Source: Lama guanicoe (taxonomy: Eukaryota). From it: a DNA stretch of 64,000 bases. The translations under genes were made by a program, and so were the position numbers. Under the pieces are notes generated by a model, which worked only from the letters and a program-made list of their open reading frames with translations, made no database searches and was not told the origin of the DNA. The stretch is taken from contig MU054908.1 in assembly GCA_013239625.1 (NCBI GenBank), positions 8,356,144 through 8,420,143 on the forward strand. Direction: 5' to 3'. Positions 59,765 to 64,000 of the stretch are shown here, piece after piece (position 1 is the stretch's first letter; the number at the start of each line of letters is the position of its first letter).

Positions 59765-61080
59765 TTTCTCAAGACTTTATATTTTAGAGCACTTTTAGGT
59801 TGATAGCAAAACTGAGGGGAAGTACAGCGATGTCCTATATGCCCCTTGCCCCCGACCATACACAGCCTCCCACACCATCAACATCCCCCACCTGTGTGAT
59901 ACATTTGTCACAGTTGATGAACCTGCATTGACACATCATTATCACCCAAGGTGTGTAGTTTACACTAGGGTTCACTCTTGGTGTTACACATTCTATACAC
60001 CTGGACAAATGTATGTGACATGAATCCATTAGTATGGTACTACATGGACTATTTTCATGGCTCTAAAAATCCTTTGTCTTCAGCCTATTTATTCTCCCTT
60101 TACTACCCGAACTCCTGNNNNNNNNNNNNNNNNNNNNNNNNNNNNNNNNNNNNNNNNNNNNNNNNNNNNNNNNNNNNNNNNNNNNNNNNNNNNNNNNNNN
60201 NNNNNNNNNNNNNNNNNNNNNNNNNNNNNNNNNNNNNNNNNNNNNNNNNNNNNNNNNNNNNNNNNNNNNNNNNNNNNNNNNNNNNNNNNCAAAGTATAGC
60301 TTATTTTCAATGTTGTGTTAGTTTCTGTTGTACAGAATAGTAATTCAGTTGTATGTATATATGTTCTTTTTCATTATAGGTTATTACAAGCTATTTAATA
60401 TAGTTCTCTGTGCTATACAGTAGGACCTTGTTGTTTATCTATTCTGTATATAGTAGTTTGTATCTGCTAATCCCAAACTTCTAATTTATCTTTCCACTTC
60501 CTTTGCACTTTGGTAACTGTAAATTTATGGTGAATCTAAAAAAAGACACAGATAACACATTTCTTTTTAGTGCTGAATAATGTTCTGTTGTCTGTAATGT
60601 ACCAAAGTTTATTTATCAACTCACCTACTAAAGAACATCTTGGTTGCTTCCAAGTTTTGGTAATTATGAATAAAACCATTATAAACATCTATGAGTACCC
60701 CTCTCTGTGGACTAAACTTTGAACTTCTTTGAGTAAACACCAAGGAGCACTCTTATTAACAAGGAATGAGAGTTCCTCTTGTACCACAAACTTATCAGCA
60801 TTTGCAGCACTTAGCATTCCAGATTTTGGCCATTCTAATAGGTGTATAGTGGAAATTTCCTATAATTTGCATTTCTCTAATGACTTATGGTGTGGAGTAT
60901 CTTTCCATATGCTTATTTCCCATCTGTTTATCTTCTTTGGTGGGGTGTCAATGTCTTTGCCCATTTTTTAAAACAGTTGTTTTCTTACTGTTGAATTTTA
61001 AGAGTTCTTTGTGTATTTTGGATAATAGTCCTTTATCAAATGTGTGCTTTGCAAATATGTTTGCAAATATGTTATCACAA
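59765..61080 (-). mobile_element. L1MC1/2-type 3' region and ORF2 end, interrupted by an N-run and a younger L1
   Basis: agcaaaactgaggggaagtacag...tagggttcactcttggtgtt...ttggttgcttccaagttttgg...gtattttggataatagtcctttatc. Confidence 0.85.
60290..60558 (-). mobile_element. Artiodactyl-type L1 3' UTR with a short inverted 5' piece (about 60527-60558)
   Basis: aatgttgtgttagtttc...tgtgctatacagtaggaccttgttgtttatc...tttggtaac, then sense-oriented gaatctaaaaaaagacac. Confidence 0.85.
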
Positions 61081-61394
61081 TCAAATTTATGTGGTTTATA
61101 TTATCTTGAAGTAATTTGTCTCTACAATTATGTCATCAATAGATGTAGAGTAGTTTCATTTATTTTGTTGTTTTCAATTTAATCTATTTAAAAAATTAAA
61201 TGTTATTTTAAAACCATATATTTGTATCGCACCAAAGTCAAGTCTACAAGTAAAATATATTCAAAGGAGTCTACCTTTTAGCACCATTGCTCCCTCAATA
61301 CCACTTATCCTTATGGTTAACCTTTTTTTAATGTTTACTTACGTTTAAATGGAAAAATAATCATCCAAAATCATGATAAGGATTGTGATAGTGA

Positions 61395-61870
61395 CAGTAG
61401 TAGTAATAATAGTATTGAATTATAGAAATGCTTCTTAAATTTATATAGGGTGTTAAAATTGATACGTTTTCATCCCACCCATTATATTCTTTGCAGAATG
61501 ACTCTCTGGGAACAAATGCTATTTCCATTTTATAAATATTTGAATTGGTTTAAAAATGGAAATTAACTGGCCAGCTCATGGAACTCATGACTTTCTGAAC
61601 AAGAGCTGGTCCCAATCTTCTGGTTACTCAGTCCAGTGCACCTCCTGTCACATCATACTCTTTGTCCATTGTCTCTTCAGCTACTGTACCTTATGCAAGT
61701 GGAAAAGAAAGAATTATGGATCTTAGATTTTAACAAAGCTGTGTCTGAATTCCAGTTTTACCAATTCTTAGAAATTTTGCTATTTTGGGAAAAGTAAATT
61801 GTGTGATATCTCTGGGGTTTAATTTTCACTTCTGGGAAAGGGGGGTTGCGGGGGCTAAATGAGGTACTGT
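61395..61870. mobile_element. Two MIR fragments (about 61395-61660 on -, about 61700-61870 on +)
   Basis: ccattttataaat...cagtccagtgc, and gtctgaattccagttttacc...ttttcacttctgg. Confidence 0.45.
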
Positions 61871-63149
61871 GACATGGTGGGCCACATAAGACTATACCTG
61901 CACCAGCCTGCTCAGCCAGGAAGCACTCATAGTGAGACAGAAGGTATATGGTAATGGAGCACAGTTCTGCCCAACGGTGAGAGTTTCAGCTCAGATACAG
62001 TCAAAAGTCATTCTTTCTGCTTAAATGATAAGGAGTACAACACTTTTCTCTTTAAGTAGCAACTGGGCAGATCACTTAGGAATAGGATCCAGTACACAGA
62101 TATGAATGCACAGAGAAACACTGAGTCACTATGCTTCAAAACCTCCATTTAGAAGTCATTCACAGGGTAGAAATTAATTAGTGACATGGGTTTTATGGGA
62201 AAAAAATTAGAGGGAATCAAAGCTTCCAAAGTATTTTGAGCAAACCCATAAGCAAAACTTAAGACCATTTCTGCTAATCAAAATAAAGTTTCTTCTTTTG
62301 AAAAACTTTGTCATTTCATTGCAGAATGTGTAGTAGAGGGCAGTTTGGGGGATACCAAGACAACTAATGATACAACATGAATTATTCCAGAAGCAGCAGA
62401 ATCAAGACAAATAAGCACCTTCTTTTAGCCTCACTATTACCTATTTCTTTGTGATGAAGGTATCAGAAATGAATGCCAGGAACACATTGTATCCAAATTT
62501 ACATTTCAGTAAATCTTATAGAAAAAGTACATAATTTTTAATTCTTTGAGTCAGTTTGGTCAGTCTCAATTAAATTTTTCTTTTTCTTTATAAAGTCCTG
62601 AGATAAAAAGTCTCCAGGGCATAGATATAGTTATATATTGAGACTTGCTGGGGGGCAGTCCAAATTTGACTGTTTTATTTAATTACCCAGAGAAGGGTGG
62701 CATTAGATAGCTATACTCAGGGAAAGTTGACTAAGCCAGGGTTATTTCTGTCTTACTGAGCATCAAACCTGACACATTGTTTCCTCATCTTCCCTTTCCT
62801 TCTAAGCATACAAAAAAAAAAAAGTTTCTTTAGACACCATGTTTAAGGGTCCTGTAGTTAGAGGGTGTGCAGAAGGTGATGCAGCCACATCACACTACCT
62901 TATACTTGTACTGATGGTTCCATATTACTTCTGCCATGAGACATAGGATATGTTGCAGACCTAGCCACTTAACATGAGGTTAGGTTAGTTAATAAACCTT
63001 CACCTGAGTGTTCTTGCCTTCTTGGTCCTTCAGGCGCACATAAACCTCTAAGAGGCCATCCTCTTACAAGTGTCAGCTTGTTTAGCCCTGTCTCATAGCC
63101 AGTCCACCCCTTTTGTCTGCATATGGTCCCCTGTTAGATCTCTACTGTA

Positions 63150-64000
63150 TAGAAACAGATTTTCAGCTGTTCCTGCCTATTTCCAGATTTAAAGCCCAGC
63201 ATACCTGGGACTTAGACTCCCTTTTCCACCTCCCAACCCTGCCCCAGCTTCTCTTCCTGAATTCCCTTCTAAGTGAACGGCACCAGTGTTCATCCAGCCA
63301 CTTAAGTCTGCTTGACTCTCCCAGTTCTACGCAGTCACTAAATATTTTCAAACTTCTCTCAAGTCTGTCACCTTCTCTCCTTCCTACTTTTTTTTTCTTG
63401 ATTGATTTCCTTTTAAAACAAAGAAAATGGGGTTTGGAAGATGCTTTCATTAGTAGAACTGACTTAGCTTTTTTTGAAATATACAAAAAAAAAAAAAAAG
63501 ACACTCCTAAAACCTTTAAGTTTTGTTAGAAAGGGACAACTGCGAAATGGCTCAAGGGTGTAGTTGCTCTAGGTTTCCCCTCCTCCTTCCAGCCCTCCAC
63601 CTCCTCTAACTCAGTGTCACTCTCATCCCACAGGGCATGAAACACGCCCCCCCTTCACTCAGGCAATGACCTTGTGCACCTGGCCTGACTCCTGAGAGTC
63701 CGAAGATGAGGCACCTTCCACAGTCACAAATGCAGCAGTGTGACTACAGAACTGACAGAGCTAAGGAGAAAATCTACCAGAAGGCAGCATATGGCAAACT
63801 AATATCCTAGTCTACACACCTGCCATGCCTTACCTGGACCTCAGCAGTGCCTCCTGGTCCCTCCATGGTTACTCAGCCCGTTGTCCACACTGAAACCAGA
63901 GTGACTGTCTAAAGCTTTAATCTGATAATGCTACTCCCCATGGTTAATGTCTCTTCATTTTCTTTAAAGTCTAAGTCTCTTAAACTTCCTATGATCTTTA
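63150..64000 (+). mobile_element. L2 fragments (about 63150-63380 and 63820-64000)
   Basis: cttctcttcctgaattccc...gtgaacggcacc...cttgactc, and gcctcctggtccct...ccagagtga...aatctgataatgctactccc. Confidence 0.55.

Noticed and set aside
51993-60110. Inverted L1MC pair as a dsRNA or circRNA-promoting stem
   Set aside because: The copies are old, visibly diverged and about 7.5 kb apart, so stable pairing is unlikely.

Overview
Mammalian (eutherian) non-coding DNA, most likely camelid. The youngest L1 3' ends resemble Camelus/Vicugna L1 as I recall them, and I see no Alu, B1/B2, Bov-tA/BovB, PRE-1, ERE or Can-SINE copies. I recognise no cellular protein-coding exon, tRNA, rRNA or CRISPR array; the only recognisable protein sequences are LINE-1 ORF1/ORF2 fragments. 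The window is a dense mosaic of ancient repeats (MIR, L2, L3/CR1, HAL1, L1M, MaLR/ERVL solo LTRs, hAT MITEs), five lineage-specific L1 3' ends of graded age, microsatellites and a few repeat-free islands rich in homeodomain/MEIS/SOX/FOX motifs. L1s and LTRs lean toward the minus strand, which suggests a large intron of a plus-strand gene. Most notable observations: (1) an old, decayed L1 5' UTR that is now the only CpG island in the window (about 18.8-19.6 kb); (2) a young L1 with a perfect 18-bp TSD whose 3' end stops at an internal A-tract; (3) two probable twin-priming inversions; (4) N-runs whose lengths exactly preserve L1 ORF2 spacing; (5) candidate developmental enhancers at about 48.5-49.8 kb and 54.3-54.8 kb. 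I found no convincing evidence of a new multi-gene system. Family names and boundaries come from visual recognition and are approximate.
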